DNA of 64,000 nucleotides. It comes from Candidatus Latescibacterota bacterium (GTDB lineage Bacteria; Latescibacterota; UBA2968; UBA8231). The position numbers and the translations under genes are program-made. Below the pieces are notes generated by a model. The model was given only the letters and a program-made list of their open reading frames with translations, had not been told where the DNA came from and did no database searches. Shown here piece after piece: positions 28,179 to 37,654 of this stretch (positions are counted from its first letter, which is position 1; every line of letters starts with the position of its first letter). The DNA lies in the NCBI GenBank assembly GCA_965261395.1, contig OZ253462.1:2368001-2432000 (forward strand), written 5' to 3'.

Positions 28179-30185
28179 ATGCAAACTCTCACTTCCCGCG
28201 CTCCCACCTTACCGCCGGCCCCGCGTCCTCGCGTTGCCTACTACGACTTGGGCATCCCCTTTGTCGGTGCTGTGTGGAACGGCTTCTCCATCACCTACGA
28301 CCCCGCCAATGGGCACACCCTGGCCTGGGGGGCCGAATTCTCTCAGGACGGGGCCCATTACTTTTGCAACGACCTCGACACCGGCCGCTTGGAAGTCTTT
28401 CCCATGCCCTGCCGCGAGCACGGCCCGGTCTTCCAGGCCCGAGACGGCACCATTTACGCCCGGATCATGTCCGGTCTGTCGGCCGACCACGGCCACCATC
28501 TCATGGTCTTTGACGCCCAGGCTCGCACCTTCAGCAGTCTGGGGCGTCCCGCCCCCGGCGATCAGCGCCTTCTGTGCATGGAGGAGCGCGATGGCCTGTT
28601 GTACATGGGCGGCCACGAACTGGCCGAACTGTTTTGCTACGACCCGCAAAAGCGGTGCTTTGACAAACTCTGCCGTCCGTTTGCTCCTCCCACCGATCGC
28701 CTAGTGCGCATCCAATTGCTGCCCGACGGCCGGCTGCTACTCAGCGGCTACCCGGCCGTCCCGGCCAAAATCTACGATGTGGAAAGCGGTCAATTGAGCG
28801 ATGTGCCGCCCGCAGCCGAGGGGATTGCCGGCGCTATATCCGAAGGGGATCGCCTGTTTTTGGCGGCTGGCGATCAAGTGCGCGTACTCAACGCCGATTT
28901 TACTGAAGTGGCCCGCCTCGACAGCCCCGTTGCTGGCGCGGCGCTCGCGCCTTTAGCCTTGGGCCGCAACAGTCGCGCCAGTGATCGCGGGGTGGTGTAC
29001 GCTTGGGCTGGGGAGCAATTGGTGGCCATTGACGCCCATACCTTGGACATCCGCTCCATTTGCCAAGGTCCTTTCGCCGGCATAGCGGGGCTGAGCAAAG
29101 ACGGCCATTTGGTCTTCGCCCAAGTAGAGGAGGGCCGCGCCACTATGGTAGATCCTGATACCGGCGACAGGGAAGAGCGCAGTTTTGAAGTTTATCAAGG
29201 TAGCCGTGGCAGCGCGGTCTGCGCCCTAGGTAGAGGGCCGGAGGGCAAAATCTACGGCACCAATATTTACGGTATGCACCTGTGCGCCATAGATCCCGCT
29301 ACCGATGCCATAGAGGATTTGGGTTACACTTGGTCCGGCGGCGAACTGTACCACGTCCACACCCACCAAGACAAGCTCTATGTCGGCAGCTACGGCGGCT
29401 CCAACATAGGGGTGTACGACCCGAGTTTGCCGTGGAACCCCGGCTCTGAGCACGACAGCAATCCGCGCAACTGGGGCCAGTTGGGCCAGAACCAGAACCG
29501 ACCTTTTGAAGCGGTGACCGGACCCGACGGCCGCATTTATGTGGCCAACCGCAGCAATTACGGTATTCTAGGCGGCTCCCTGGCCTCGTACGATCCCGCA
29601 ACCGGCCTCGATGATAGGGAGATCTACCTCGACCCCGAACAAAGCGTGCAATGCGTGGCCGCAGACCAGCGCTATGTGTACGGGGGCACCAGCATTTACG
29701 GGGGCCGCGGCGCGGAAATCACCACCCGCGACGGCCTGTTATTCGTCTTTGACCCCCAGACTAAACAGCGCGTTTGCCAACTGCGTCCGGTGGAAGGGGC
29801 CAACACGGTCACCAGCTTGGCCGTCCACCCCTCGGGGCTGGTTTTTGGCACCACGGACAACCGCCGCTTGTTCGTCTTTGACCCGGAGCGATTGGTCGTA
29901 GAAGAAGTGATGGGACCTCTGCGCTCGGAGGGTACTCGATTGATGGGTGTGCCCGAAGGGGTGGAGATGTTCCCGCTAATCTGCGCTTCCGACGGCTTTA
30001 TCTACGGCCTGACGCGCTTTGACCTGTTCCGCATCGACGGCTCATCCGGCGTCCTCACCTATCTCAATGATCCGCCCCTGCCCGAACTCTACGCCCTGAC
30101 CGAAGGGGATCCCGGCGTGCTCTACATGAGCGCCGGCACCCACGTCATCAAGTGCCTGCTGAGGCCGCCGCCCTTTTACCGCTGA
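28179..30185 (+). CDS. Hypothetical beta-propeller protein
   Basis: ATG 28179 with AGGAG RBS; repeats GPEGKIYG, GPDGRIYV, SDGFIYG, LFVFDP; no signal peptide. Confidence 0.72.
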   Translation: MQTLTSRAPTLPPAPRPRVAYYDLGIPFVGAVWNGFSITYDPANGHTLAWGAEFSQDGAHYFCNDLDTGRLEVFPMPCREHGPVFQARDGTIYARIMSGLSADHGHHLMVFDAQARTFSSLGRPAPGDQRLLCMEERDGLLYMGGHELAELFCYDPQKRCFDKLCRPFAPPTDRLVRIQLLPDGRLLLSGYPAVPAKIYDVESGQLSDVPPAAEGIAGAISEGDRLFLAAGDQVRVLNADFTEVARLDSPVAGAALAPLALGRNSRASDRGVVYAWAGEQLVAIDAHTLDIRSICQGPFAGIAGLSKDGHLVFAQVEEGRATMVDPDTGDREERSFEVYQGSRGSAVCALGRGPEGKIYGTNIYGMHLCAIDPATDAIEDLGYTWSGGELYHVHTHQDKLYVGSYGGSNIGVYDPSLPWNPGSEHDSNPRNWGQLGQNQNRPFEAVTGPDGRIYVANRSNYGILGGSLASYDPATGLDDREIYLDPEQSVQCVAADQRYVYGGTSIYGGRGAEITTRDGLLFVFDPQTKQRVCQLRPVEGANTVTSLAVHPSGLVFGTTDNRRLFVFDPERLVVEEVMGPLRSEGTRLMGVPEGVEMFPLICASDGFIYGLTRFDLFRIDGSSGVLTYLNDPPLPELYALTEGDPGVLYMSAGTHVIKCLLRPPPFYR

Positions 30186-30208
30186 GATTGTTTGGGGAAA
30201 CGGGTTCG

Positions 30209-31000
30209 TTATGCGAGGGCTTCCCGCACCACTTGTCCGGCCCAATCCCGCGCCGGTGCCACTTTTAGCAAAGCGGCAATAGTCGTCGGGTTGTCGATGA
30301 TACTCACCGGCTCCTGCAAGCGCCGCCCGGAGGACACCGCAGGACCGGCGATCACCCACGGAATGGTCATGTCCTCGTCCATTTCCGTGCCGTGGGTGTG
30401 CTCGTGTCCCCCGTGGTCGCTAGTGACGATGACCACGGTCTCTTCTTGGTTGACCGCCTCCAACACCGCGCCAATGGCTGCATCGGCCCGCCCAATAGCG
30501 GTTAGATATTCGGCCGACATCCAGCCGTGGTTGTGACCGGCTATATCGGTACAGCCTAGATAGACAAAGGCGAAATCGGGCGTCCATTCCCGCAGCGTCG
30601 CCGCGGCCAAGCTGGCCAATTCCCAATCGCCGTCCGGCTCGTGGCAATTGTTCAGATAGTACGAGCGGTCCAGCGAGCCGGGGTCGGCCAGGTCGCGCAA
30701 TTGTTCCCAGTTATAGAAGAAGGCCGTGCGCTTGCCAGCTTGGTGCAGCACGTCGACTAGGCTGGGCACGGGTCTGACTTGGGGCACCCAGGTGTTGGTG
30801 GTAATGCCGTGCCGTTGTGGGGTCACGCCGCGAAACATGGAGGTGTGGCAGGGCAAGGTGGACGAAGGCATCACGGTGCGGGCTGTATAGGTGCTGGCAC
30901 CCTCGCTGATCAAGCGGTCTATGCAGGGGGTGGAGGCCTGTTGCAAACCGTCGGGCCGCAGCCCGTCGAGGACAAAGAGGATGACGCGTTGTGGGGACAT
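30209..31000 (-). CDS. Alkaline phosphatase superfamily (nucleotide pyrophosphatase/phosphodiesterase)
   Basis: VILFVLDGLRPD, PSSTLPCH, DIAGH, TSDHGG; start ATG 31000. Confidence 0.88.
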   Translation of the reverse strand: MSPQRVILFVLDGLRPDGLQQASTPCIDRLISEGASTYTARTVMPSSTLPCHTSMFRGVTPQRHGITTNTWVPQVRPVPSLVDVLHQAGKRTAFFYNWEQLRDLADPGSLDRSYYLNNCHEPDGDWELASLAAATLREWTPDFAFVYLGCTDIAGHNHGWMSAEYLTAIGRADAAIGAVLEAVNQEETVVIVTSDHGGHEHTHGTEMDEDMTIPWVIAGPAVSSGRRLQEPVSIIDNPTTIAALLKVAPARDWAGQVVREALA

Positions 31001-31031
31001 GGGATTCCTTTCTTTGGGGGCACTGATGCGA

Positions 31032-32096
31032 TCACGCGCTTGCGTACAGTTCCGCATCGTGCGGTTTCAGCGGATACCTCGGCACTACCCCTCGGTTGAC
31101 GATGTTTTCCGGCGCTGGCCAGTGGCCCTTGAGGACGGATGCCAGATTGCAGACGCCAGTGTGCGCCACGTCTTCGCCGGACTGTACCGAATGGGCGGAG
31201 ACGTGGGATGTCAGCAGGACGTTGTCCAGCTCCATGAGGGGATGCTGCGGGGTTTGATCCTCGTCCGTGAAAACGTTGAGCCACTCATAGGTGTCCAGCG
31301 CCGCGCCGGCTAGTGGTCCTTCTCGCAGGACCCGTGCCAGCGCATCTTCATCTACCAAGGCACCGCGCGAGGTGTTGATCAGGTAGGAGCCCGGCTTCAT
31401 CTTGCGCAGCAGCTCCTCGTCGAACATGTGGTAGGTGTCCGCGTTCAGGGGCACCTGTAAGGAGATGAAGTCGGACTCGGCCAGTAGTGTTTCCAGATCC
31501 ACCATCTCGACGTCCAAGTCCGCCGGTAGGGGTGCTTGCAGGTTTCTGCGCGTGGCCAAGACCCGAAGGCCAAAGGCCCTAGCGCGGCGGGCGACCATCT
31601 CACCAGTAGCTCCGAAACCGACGATGCCCAGCGCACAGGTGGAGAGCCGCTGCAACTGGGTGGACTCGGTGCGGGCTTGGCGGAAGCGGCCGGCGCGCAT
31701 GAACTGTTCCATCCTCGGCAGTTGGCGGGCTAGGGACAATAGCATGGCCATGATGTGATCGGTCATTTCCTCGGCGCAGAAGAAAGGGGCATTGGAGACG
31801 ACGATACCGTTTTCCGTGGCCGTTGCCACGGCGATTTTATCGGTGCCGTTGCCGAGGCGCGAAATCAGGCGACAGCGGTCCAGCGATGCGATCACGGCCG
31901 CGGGCAAGCCGGTCGAGACGACGGCGACTGCGTCGCAGCCAGCTAGCCGGCGAATGAGTTCCTGCGGATCTTCTTCTTCGACGTATTCAGGTTCGATGCC
32001 GAACTTGGCATACAGCGATCGTTCCAGCTCGCTGGCTGGATACATGATGGCGTTGAGGCGGACGAAGCGGAAGGGCGATGTGATGTCAGACGCCAT
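31032..32096 (-). CDS. D-2-hydroxyacid dehydrogenase (CtBP-like)
   Basis: GIVGFGATG, SDFISLQVPL, MKPGSYLINTSRG, AALDTY, TSHVS. Confidence 0.9.
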   Translation of the reverse strand: MASDITSPFRFVRLNAIMYPASELERSLYAKFGIEPEYVEEEDPQELIRRLAGCDAVAVVSTGLPAAVIASLDRCRLISRLGNGTDKIAVATATENGIVVSNAPFFCAEEMTDHIMAMLLSLARQLPRMEQFMRAGRFRQARTESTQLQRLSTCALGIVGFGATGEMVARRARAFGLRVLATRRNLQAPLPADLDVEMVDLETLLAESDFISLQVPLNADTYHMFDEELLRKMKPGSYLINTSRGALVDEDALARVLREGPLAGAALDTYEWLNVFTDEDQTPQHPLMELDNVLLTSHVSAHSVQSGEDVAHTGVCNLASVLKGHWPAPENIVNRGVVPRYPLKPHDAELYASA

Positions 32097-32109
32097 GATC
32101 TTGGACCAA

Positions 32110-32973
32110 TCACCAGGCCACTTCCATCATGTCCCGCGCCCAGTACATAGGCCCGCTGAAGACGCTTTTTACCTCGGCGATGCCCTCGGTGGTCTCTTCT
32201 TCCGAATCGAGGGTCGGGGACTGGTGGTTGATTACCAAGCGCTTGGCACCGGCCTCGGTGGCCATGCGCCCGGCATTTAGGGTGCCGGTTTCGGAGATGA
32301 CGCTGGGGAAGGTTTGGATCTTTTCCTCCCGATGCACGGCCTCCATCACGAACAGGTCCGCATCCCTTGCTAATTCGACTACGGACTCGATCGGCGCTGT
32401 ATCGCCGCTAAAGGCGACGATGCCTTCGTCGGTCTCAAAGCGGAAGCCGTAGCATTCGATATAGGGCTGGGCGTGCTTGACTTCGCGCGTGTAGCAGGTC
32501 CAGCCTTCCCCTGCGGCCACTTTTCCCTCGGCGTATTCGACTGCGTGAACTACCGGTTCTGGCCTGGACTCGCCTACGCCGCCGCGCATCTGATAGGCGT
32601 GAACGCTCATGGGATGATTGGTGCGGGCGATCACGTCGTACCAGAAGAGGCCATCGGGACTCCAGATACCGTCGGTGATGCGCTTGATCGGGGGAGGCCC
32701 ATAGACGTGGAGGTCTGGCTCAGTGCCGATGCACTGGTCGAAGCGCGTCATCAAGAAGCAGAGATAATCGGAGATATGGTCGGAGTGCAGGTGGGTGAAA
32801 AACAGGTTGTGTACCGAGGTACAGGGGATGCCCATGCGGTGCATCTTAAAGGTCGATGCAGGGCCGCAGTCGATCATCAGCCGCTGGTCGCAGATCTCGA
32901 GAATGAAACAGGTACCCCAGCGGTCGCGAGTGGGGGTGGGCGTACCGGCACCGACAATGTTTAGCTTTGGCAT
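32110..32973 (-). CDS. Metallo-beta-lactamase-fold hydrolase, RNase Z/arylsulfatase-like
   Basis: GAGTPTP, IDCG, THLHSDH, FSGDT, LVINH. Confidence 0.87.
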   Translation of the reverse strand: MPKLNIVGAGTPTPTRDRWGTCFILEICDQRLMIDCGPASTFKMHRMGIPCTSVHNLFFTHLHSDHISDYLCFLMTRFDQCIGTEPDLHVYGPPPIKRITDGIWSPDGLFWYDVIARTNHPMSVHAYQMRGGVGESRPEPVVHAVEYAEGKVAAGEGWTCYTREVKHAQPYIECYGFRFETDEGIVAFSGDTAPIESVVELARDADLFVMEAVHREEKIQTFPSVISETGTLNAGRMATEAGAKRLVINHQSPTLDSEEETTEGIAEVKSVFSGPMYWARDMMEVAW

Positions 32974-33158
32974 GGGATCGTCTCCAAATTGTAGGGCAAA
33001 TAAATAGGCATTATTGATAGAGGGTCAAGCTCGTCGGCAGGTATTTGCACAACGGCTTATTGCAGGAAAATAGTGGAAAGAAATCCTTCCCGCAGGTGTT
33101 GAACGTGGTATTTTTAGGAGGGAATCCTTCAGCCTCTACTATTCGGGAGAATCCGCCT

Positions 33159-33553
33159 TTGGAATTCGACACTAAAAAACTACCCGCCACCCCTGACGTG
33201 ACCGCCCCCGACGGCTCGGATGTGCGCATTCTATTGGGCCTGCAAGGCGGCGGCATGGCGCATTTTGAACTCCAACCCAGCCAGACGTCCAAAGCCGTTA
33301 CCCACCGCACGGTCGAAGAGATCTGGTTTTTTTCGCCGGCCGCGGTCAAATGTGGCGGCGGCAGAACGACCGCGAGGAAATCGTGGCGGTCGAGCCGGGC
33401 GTCTGCCTGACCATTCCGCTGGGCACCCACTTCCAGTTCCGCGCCTTGGGCGACGAGCCGCTCGCCGAGATTGCCGTTACCCTGCCCCCTTGGCCCGGCG
33501 AGGACGAAGCGTACCCGGTCGAGGGGATGTGGCCAGAGACTGCGTCCCGTTAG
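33159..33553 (+). pseudogene. Cupin-domain protein, frameshifted at a T7 run
   Basis: TTG start after GGGAGA; APDGSDVRIL...HRTVEEIWFF then frame change at T7 33327-33333 to AGRGQMWR...GTHFQFR...PPWPG. Confidence 0.78.
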
Positions 33554-33639
33554 GCGAATACAGGGCCTTCAGGCTGGAGATTGGGCGTATCAGCGGCGGC
33601 GACATTACCGTATATTACAAGGCGACTGGAGGCATTATT

Positions 33640-33873
33640 ATGATTGAATCCTCTATTACAAAAAAAGGACAGACGACACTACCTAAGTGCGTGCGGGAGA
33701 CGCTTGGTCTAAAGGCCGGAGACCGGGTACGCTACGTCATTTCCGATGGCGAGGTGCGAATGCTGCCCGTGCGTCCTATCCGTCGGCTGTTCGGCGCGCT
33801 CCAGCACGACGGCCCCGCCGTCACTGTGGAGGAAATGGAACAGGCCGCAGCCGATGGGGCGTGTGAGGAGTGA
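33640..33873 (+). CDS. AbrB/MazE/SpoVT-family antitoxin
   Basis: SITKKGQTTLPKCVRETLGLKAGDRV; GGAGG RBS; GTGA overlap with the PIN gene. Confidence 0.87.
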   Translation: MIESSITKKGQTTLPKCVRETLGLKAGDRVRYVISDGEVRMLPVRPIRRLFGALQHDGPAVTVEEMEQAAADGACEE

Positions 33874-34277
33874 TCGCACTCGATACCAATGTTCTCGTCC
33901 GCTATCTGGTACGCGACGACATCGAACAGGCGGAAGCCGCCCGATCGCTACTGGAGTCGCTCTCGGTGGACCGTCCCGGCTACGTTTGTCGTGAAGTTAC
34001 CATCGAGGTCGTCTGGGTGCTGGAACGAGCCTACGGCTATTCCCGTGACCAGATTGCGGCGATATTGGAAGAACTGGTAGCGACAGAGGAACTCATAATT
34101 GAGGCAGCCGACGATGTGGGCCGTACGGCCTCTCGCTACTGGACGGGTGGCGCGGGTTTTTCCGACCTGATGATCCTGGCTGCCGCCGAACGAGTGGGTG
34201 CCCACCCCCTATATACCTTTGATCAGAAGGCAGCACGGCTTGAGGGTGCGACGCTGGTGATGAATAAGGCCGACTAG
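33870..34277 (+). CDS. vapC: PIN-domain VapC toxin
   Basis: IALDTNVLVR, EVVWVL, FSDLMI, LYTFD acidic PIN residues. Confidence 0.88.
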   Translation: MIALDTNVLVRYLVRDDIEQAEAARSLLESLSVDRPGYVCREVTIEVVWVLERAYGYSRDQIAAILEELVATEELIIEAADDVGRTASRYWTGGAGFSDLMILAAAERVGAHPLYTFDQKAARLEGATLVMNKAD

Positions 34278-34290
34278 TACGGCTTTAGCT

Positions 34291-34566
34291 ATGCCCCTCA
34301 AAAGCCACCCCGTCCACCTGCACACGTCCCGCCTGCACCTGCGTCCCATGACCGACGCCGATTGGGACACCTTGCTGCGCTGGAACCAAGATCCCGAAGT
34401 GTTGTATTACGCCGATTACAATCCCCGCAGCCGAACCGCGTTCGCCAAAGTAGGCTTCCGCGTCGTGGCTCACATCGCCTTGCCGCCCGGCGGCAAGGCG
34501 CGCTCCACCTGCGATATGTGTATCGCTCGAACCGAGTGGGCGGCGGGTGCCAATCCGCTGGCTTAG
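34291..34566 (+). pseudogene. RimJ/RimL-type GNAT acetyltransferase with internal in-frame deletion
   Basis: N-terminal TSRLHLRPMTDADW...DPEVLYY is fused directly to C-terminal DYNPRSRTAFAKVGF; only 91 aa; the central core is missing. Confidence 0.65.
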
Positions 34567-34579
34567 GTCTGTGGAGAAT

Positions 34580-34618
34580 GCCGACCTATGCGCTTAGTCG
34601 TCCCGTCGTACAGCCACC
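34580..34618. repeat. Direct repeat copy B1 (orphan copy of the Gfo/Idh/MocA gene start)
   Basis: 37/39 identical to 36576-36614. Confidence 0.85.
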
Positions 34619-34680
34619 GCAACGCCGCGCAAGCCGCGCTGTTATCAGTTGTGGACCCGCACGATAGCCCGTTGTCCATC

Positions 34681-34950
34681 TCAGAGTCTCTTGAGAAGCT
34701 GATCATATTTGGCGTGCGAGCCAATCCAGAACCAAATCATGGAGTCGTTGCGGCGAACACCCAGGGCGCGATAATCTCTGCTGATTCGAACGGCGAAAAT
34801 CGGTTTAGTCGGATGAACTTTCTTGAACCGGAGACTTGGGTGATAAGGATCGGCTTGGAATTGCCGGTAGGCTGATCTGGCTTGGTCTCGGACGCCGCGC
34901 GGCAAACCTTGAAGTGCCGCGCGAAATCGCTCCGTGGTCCGAGAGGTCAT
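34681..34950 (-). CDS. RelE/ParE-like toxin
   Basis: DPYHPSLRFKKV, VRISRDYRAL, WFWIGSHAKYD; overlaps the upstream small acidic gene. Confidence 0.8.
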   Translation of the reverse strand: MTSRTTERFRAALQGLPRGVRDQARSAYRQFQADPYHPSLRFKKVHPTKPIFAVRISRDYRALGVRRNDSMIWFWIGSHAKYDQLLKRL

Positions 34951-35165
34951 ATCTGCTCTGGGTCGAGAGGCTCAGTCTTGTTATCGCTGTATTCTTTGAG
35001 TGCCTCTTCAGCAAGTTGGTCCAACTCGGCCCTAGAGTTCTCAAAGGCGTTGTCCCACTGTCGCTCAGATTCTAGCTCTGCCATTATGACGGCGGCGATG
35101 GCGTCTTGCTCCTCGTCTGGGAGCTTCTTGATCTCTAAAATGGCCTTCTCAAGGAATTGGGTCAT
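34947..35165 (-). CDS. Putative antitoxin
   Basis: 72-aa acidic protein (LPDEEQDAIA...WDNAF...LAEEAL); ATGA overlap with the toxin. Confidence 0.75.
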   Translation of the reverse strand: MTQFLEKAILEIKKLPDEEQDAIAAVIMAELESERQWDNAFENSRAELDQLAEEALKEYSDNKTEPLDPEQI

Positions 35166-35252
35166 GATAAGTGTCTCCTCACTCAGATCGTCGGGTACCT
35201 TCTGGTCGTCCTTTCATTATAATTAAATAGTCAACCTGAGAAAGGACAGACC

Positions 35253-36593
35253 ATGTTGTACCACCGCTTGCGCCAACTCGACCAAAGGGGCACACCCATT
35301 CAGATCGGCCTCATCGCGGCCGGCACCTTTGGCACCCAGATCGCCTCGCAACTGGCCCATGCCCCCGGCATGCGCTTGGCCGCCATTGCCGAATTGGATC
35401 TAACCAAAGCCCGGCGCGCGTACGGCCGGGGCGATGTCCCCGACGACCAGATAGACACAGCCGACGATCCTGCGGCCATTGACGCGGCTATGGAGGCGGG
35501 CCGCTACGCCGTCACCGTTGATGCCCACGCCCTGATGGAGAGCCGCATTGACCTAGTTATCGAAGCCACGGGCAACGTCGAGGCCGGAGCGGCCCACGCC
35601 CGCTATGCCATCGCGCAAAAAAAGCATCTAGTCATGGTCACGGTGGAGGCCGATGTAGTCGTCGGCAGCCAACTGAAAAAACTGGCCGACCAGGCCGGCG
35701 TACTCTACAGCGCCGCGTACGGCGATGAGCCGGCCTGCGCCTTGGAACTGTGGGACTGGGCCCGTGCCCTCGGCTTCAGGGTAATAGCCGCCGGCAAGGG
35801 CACGCGCTTTAAGACCGCCTTCCGCAAAGCCAATCCCGACGACGTGCCGCGTCTGTACGGCTTTACCGGACGCGATTACAACGCCCAGATGTTTGGTTCA
35901 TTTTTAGACGGCACTAAGCACGCCATTGAAATGGCCTGTCTGGCCAATATGAGCGGCCTCGTGCCCGATGTGCGCGGGATGCACTTCCCAGCCGCGGACT
36001 TGCGCCAGATCCCCGACATCTTGTGCCATCGGAGCAAGGGCGGCCTGCTCAACGCGGAAGGCGTGGTCGAGGCGGTCAGTCTAATCGACGAGAACGAACG
36101 GCCCGTCGAGCGCGGTCTGCGCGGCGGCCTGTACTGCGTCGTCGATGGGGCCACGCCCTTTGCCATGGAATCGCTCGGTTCGTACGGCGAAATCATCGGC
36201 ATGATTATCGGCCAGCGCAGCGGCTACGGCATGATCTATCGCCCACAGCACTGGATTGGCCACGAAATGCCCATCAGCGCGGCGCGCATCGCCCTCGACG
36301 GCCAGACATCGGGTCACCCCATCGGCCATTACGCCGAAGTCGTGACCGCGGCCAAAAAGCCCCTCGCCGCTGGCACTATGCTCGACGGCGAGGGCGGTTA
36401 TTGCGCGTATGGCCTGTTGGAAAAAGCCACCCTCGCCCGCTCCGGCAACCTACTGCCCATAGGTCTGTCGCAACGGGCCGTGCTCACCCGCGATATCCCC
36501 GAGGACGCCCTGATCACCTACGACGATGTCGAACTGCCCGATTCCGAATTGCTCACCTTGCGCCGCCAGCAGGAGGCCGACCTATGCGCCTAG
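35253..36593 (+). CDS. Homoserine-dehydrogenase-like NAD(P) oxidoreductase with C-terminal SAF domain
   Basis: IGLIAAGTFG, IEATG, GDEPA, DGTK, AKKPLAAGTMLDGEGGY, LPIGL. Confidence 0.87.
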   Translation: MLYHRLRQLDQRGTPIQIGLIAAGTFGTQIASQLAHAPGMRLAAIAELDLTKARRAYGRGDVPDDQIDTADDPAAIDAAMEAGRYAVTVDAHALMESRIDLVIEATGNVEAGAAHARYAIAQKKHLVMVTVEADVVVGSQLKKLADQAGVLYSAAYGDEPACALELWDWARALGFRVIAAGKGTRFKTAFRKANPDDVPRLYGFTGRDYNAQMFGSFLDGTKHAIEMACLANMSGLVPDVRGMHFPAADLRQIPDILCHRSKGGLLNAEGVVEAVSLIDENERPVERGLRGGLYCVVDGATPFAMESLGSYGEIIGMIIGQRSGYGMIYRPQHWIGHEMPISAARIALDGQTSGHPIGHYAEVVTAAKKPLAAGTMLDGEGGYCAYGLLEKATLARSGNLLPIGLSQRAVLTRDIPEDALITYDDVELPDSELLTLRRQQEADLCA

Positions 36594-36614
36594 TCGTCCT
36601 GTCGTACAGCCACC
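36576..36614. repeat. Direct repeat copy B2 (functional gene start)
   Basis: Matches 34580-34618. Confidence 0.85.
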
Positions 36615-37654
36615 ACGGCCGCAGCATCGGCCAGACCGCCCGTGCCTTGGGGCACGATATAATCGGGGTTATGGATGGGGAAGAAGCCCCGCGCCAACAA
36701 CTCGCAGAAATTTTCCAATGCCCAGGCTTTGCTACCGCTGGCGAGTGCCTCGACGCCATGCAGCCCGCCGCCGCTATAGTCGCTGGCAAGCACATTGAAA
36801 TGCCGGATCACGTGCAGGCCTGCGTCGATCGGCGCAGCCCCTACCTGCTCGACAAACCCTTTGCCGATTGCGCTGCTCGGCTCCGACCCGCGGCCGCAGC
36901 GTCAGCCAAATACGGGGTCTTCAGCGCTCTCACCCTGCCCAATCGCGCTAGCCGCATCGTCGCTACTGTGGAGCGGTTGCTGGCGGATGGCACGCTGGGC
37001 GATTTGGTCCAGTATAGCTGCCGCCTCAACAACGGCCCACCTTCGCGCTACGACCCGACGCCCTCGGCTTGGCACAACGACCCGGCCATTTCCGGCGGCG
37101 GCAGTTGGGCCGTAGAGGCGGCCCACGGCATTGACACCTTCCTGCAATTCGTCGGCGAGCAGACGGTACACGTGGTCGGCGCGATCATGTCCAATGCCAC
37201 TCACGGCCGGACAGTGGAGGATATTGGCTTGGGAATGCTGCGCACGGACGGGGGCGTGACCGGCTTTATTGAAAGCGGCTACGCCTACCCGGCAGGAGTG
37301 CGCGGCGGCGACCACTTCTTCCGCTTTATCGGCACCCGTGCCATGGTCTTCCAGCAGTACGGCAAAGAGGGCGAGCCTCTCATCGAAGTCCACACTACCG
37401 AAGGCGTACAATTCAGTGAAGATCTGTCGCACGGCGAGCGCATGAAGAACATTGTCGATCAAGCCCTGACCGCTTTGGCAGATGGGCGGCCCTTCACTCC
37501 CAACATCGATCAAGCTATGCGCATTCTCGAAATACAGGACGCAGTGTACGACCACGCCCGCAGAAGCGCTCTGACCAACGGTCCGCATCCCATGGGCACC
37601 CCGCCTATGGCATCTAATGATGATGATGCGACGGCGAAAAACTACGGGCTATAG
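36584..37654 (+). CDS. Gfo/Idh/MocA family oxidoreductase
   Basis: ATG 36584 after AGGAGG; LLDKPFA, W..DPAISGGG...HGID, VED motifs. Confidence 0.82.
   Translation: MRLVVLSYSHHGRSIGQTARALGHDIIGVMDGEEAPRQQLAEIFQCPGFATAGECLDAMQPAAAIVAGKHIEMPDHVQACVDRRSPYLLDKPFADCAARLRPAAAASAKYGVFSALTLPNRASRIVATVERLLADGTLGDLVQYSCRLNNGPPSRYDPTPSAWHNDPAISGGGSWAVEAAHGIDTFLQFVGEQTVHVVGAIMSNATHGRTVEDIGLGMLRTDGGVTGFIESGYAYPAGVRGGDHFFRFIGTRAMVFQQYGKEGEPLIEVHTTEGVQFSEDLSHGERMKNIVDQALTALADGRPFTPNIDQAMRILEIQDAVYDHARRSALTNGPHPMGTPPMASNDDDATAKNYGL

Noticed and set aside
34588-34875. 95-aa ORF starting MRLVVPSYSH
   Set aside because: Only the first ~10 codons are a duplicated gene start; the rest is antisense to the toxin gene.
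35207-35248. GTCCTTTC/GAAAGGAC inverted repeat around an AT-rich promoter
   Set aside because: Only 8 bp with a long spacer and partly explained by the RBS; insufficient support.
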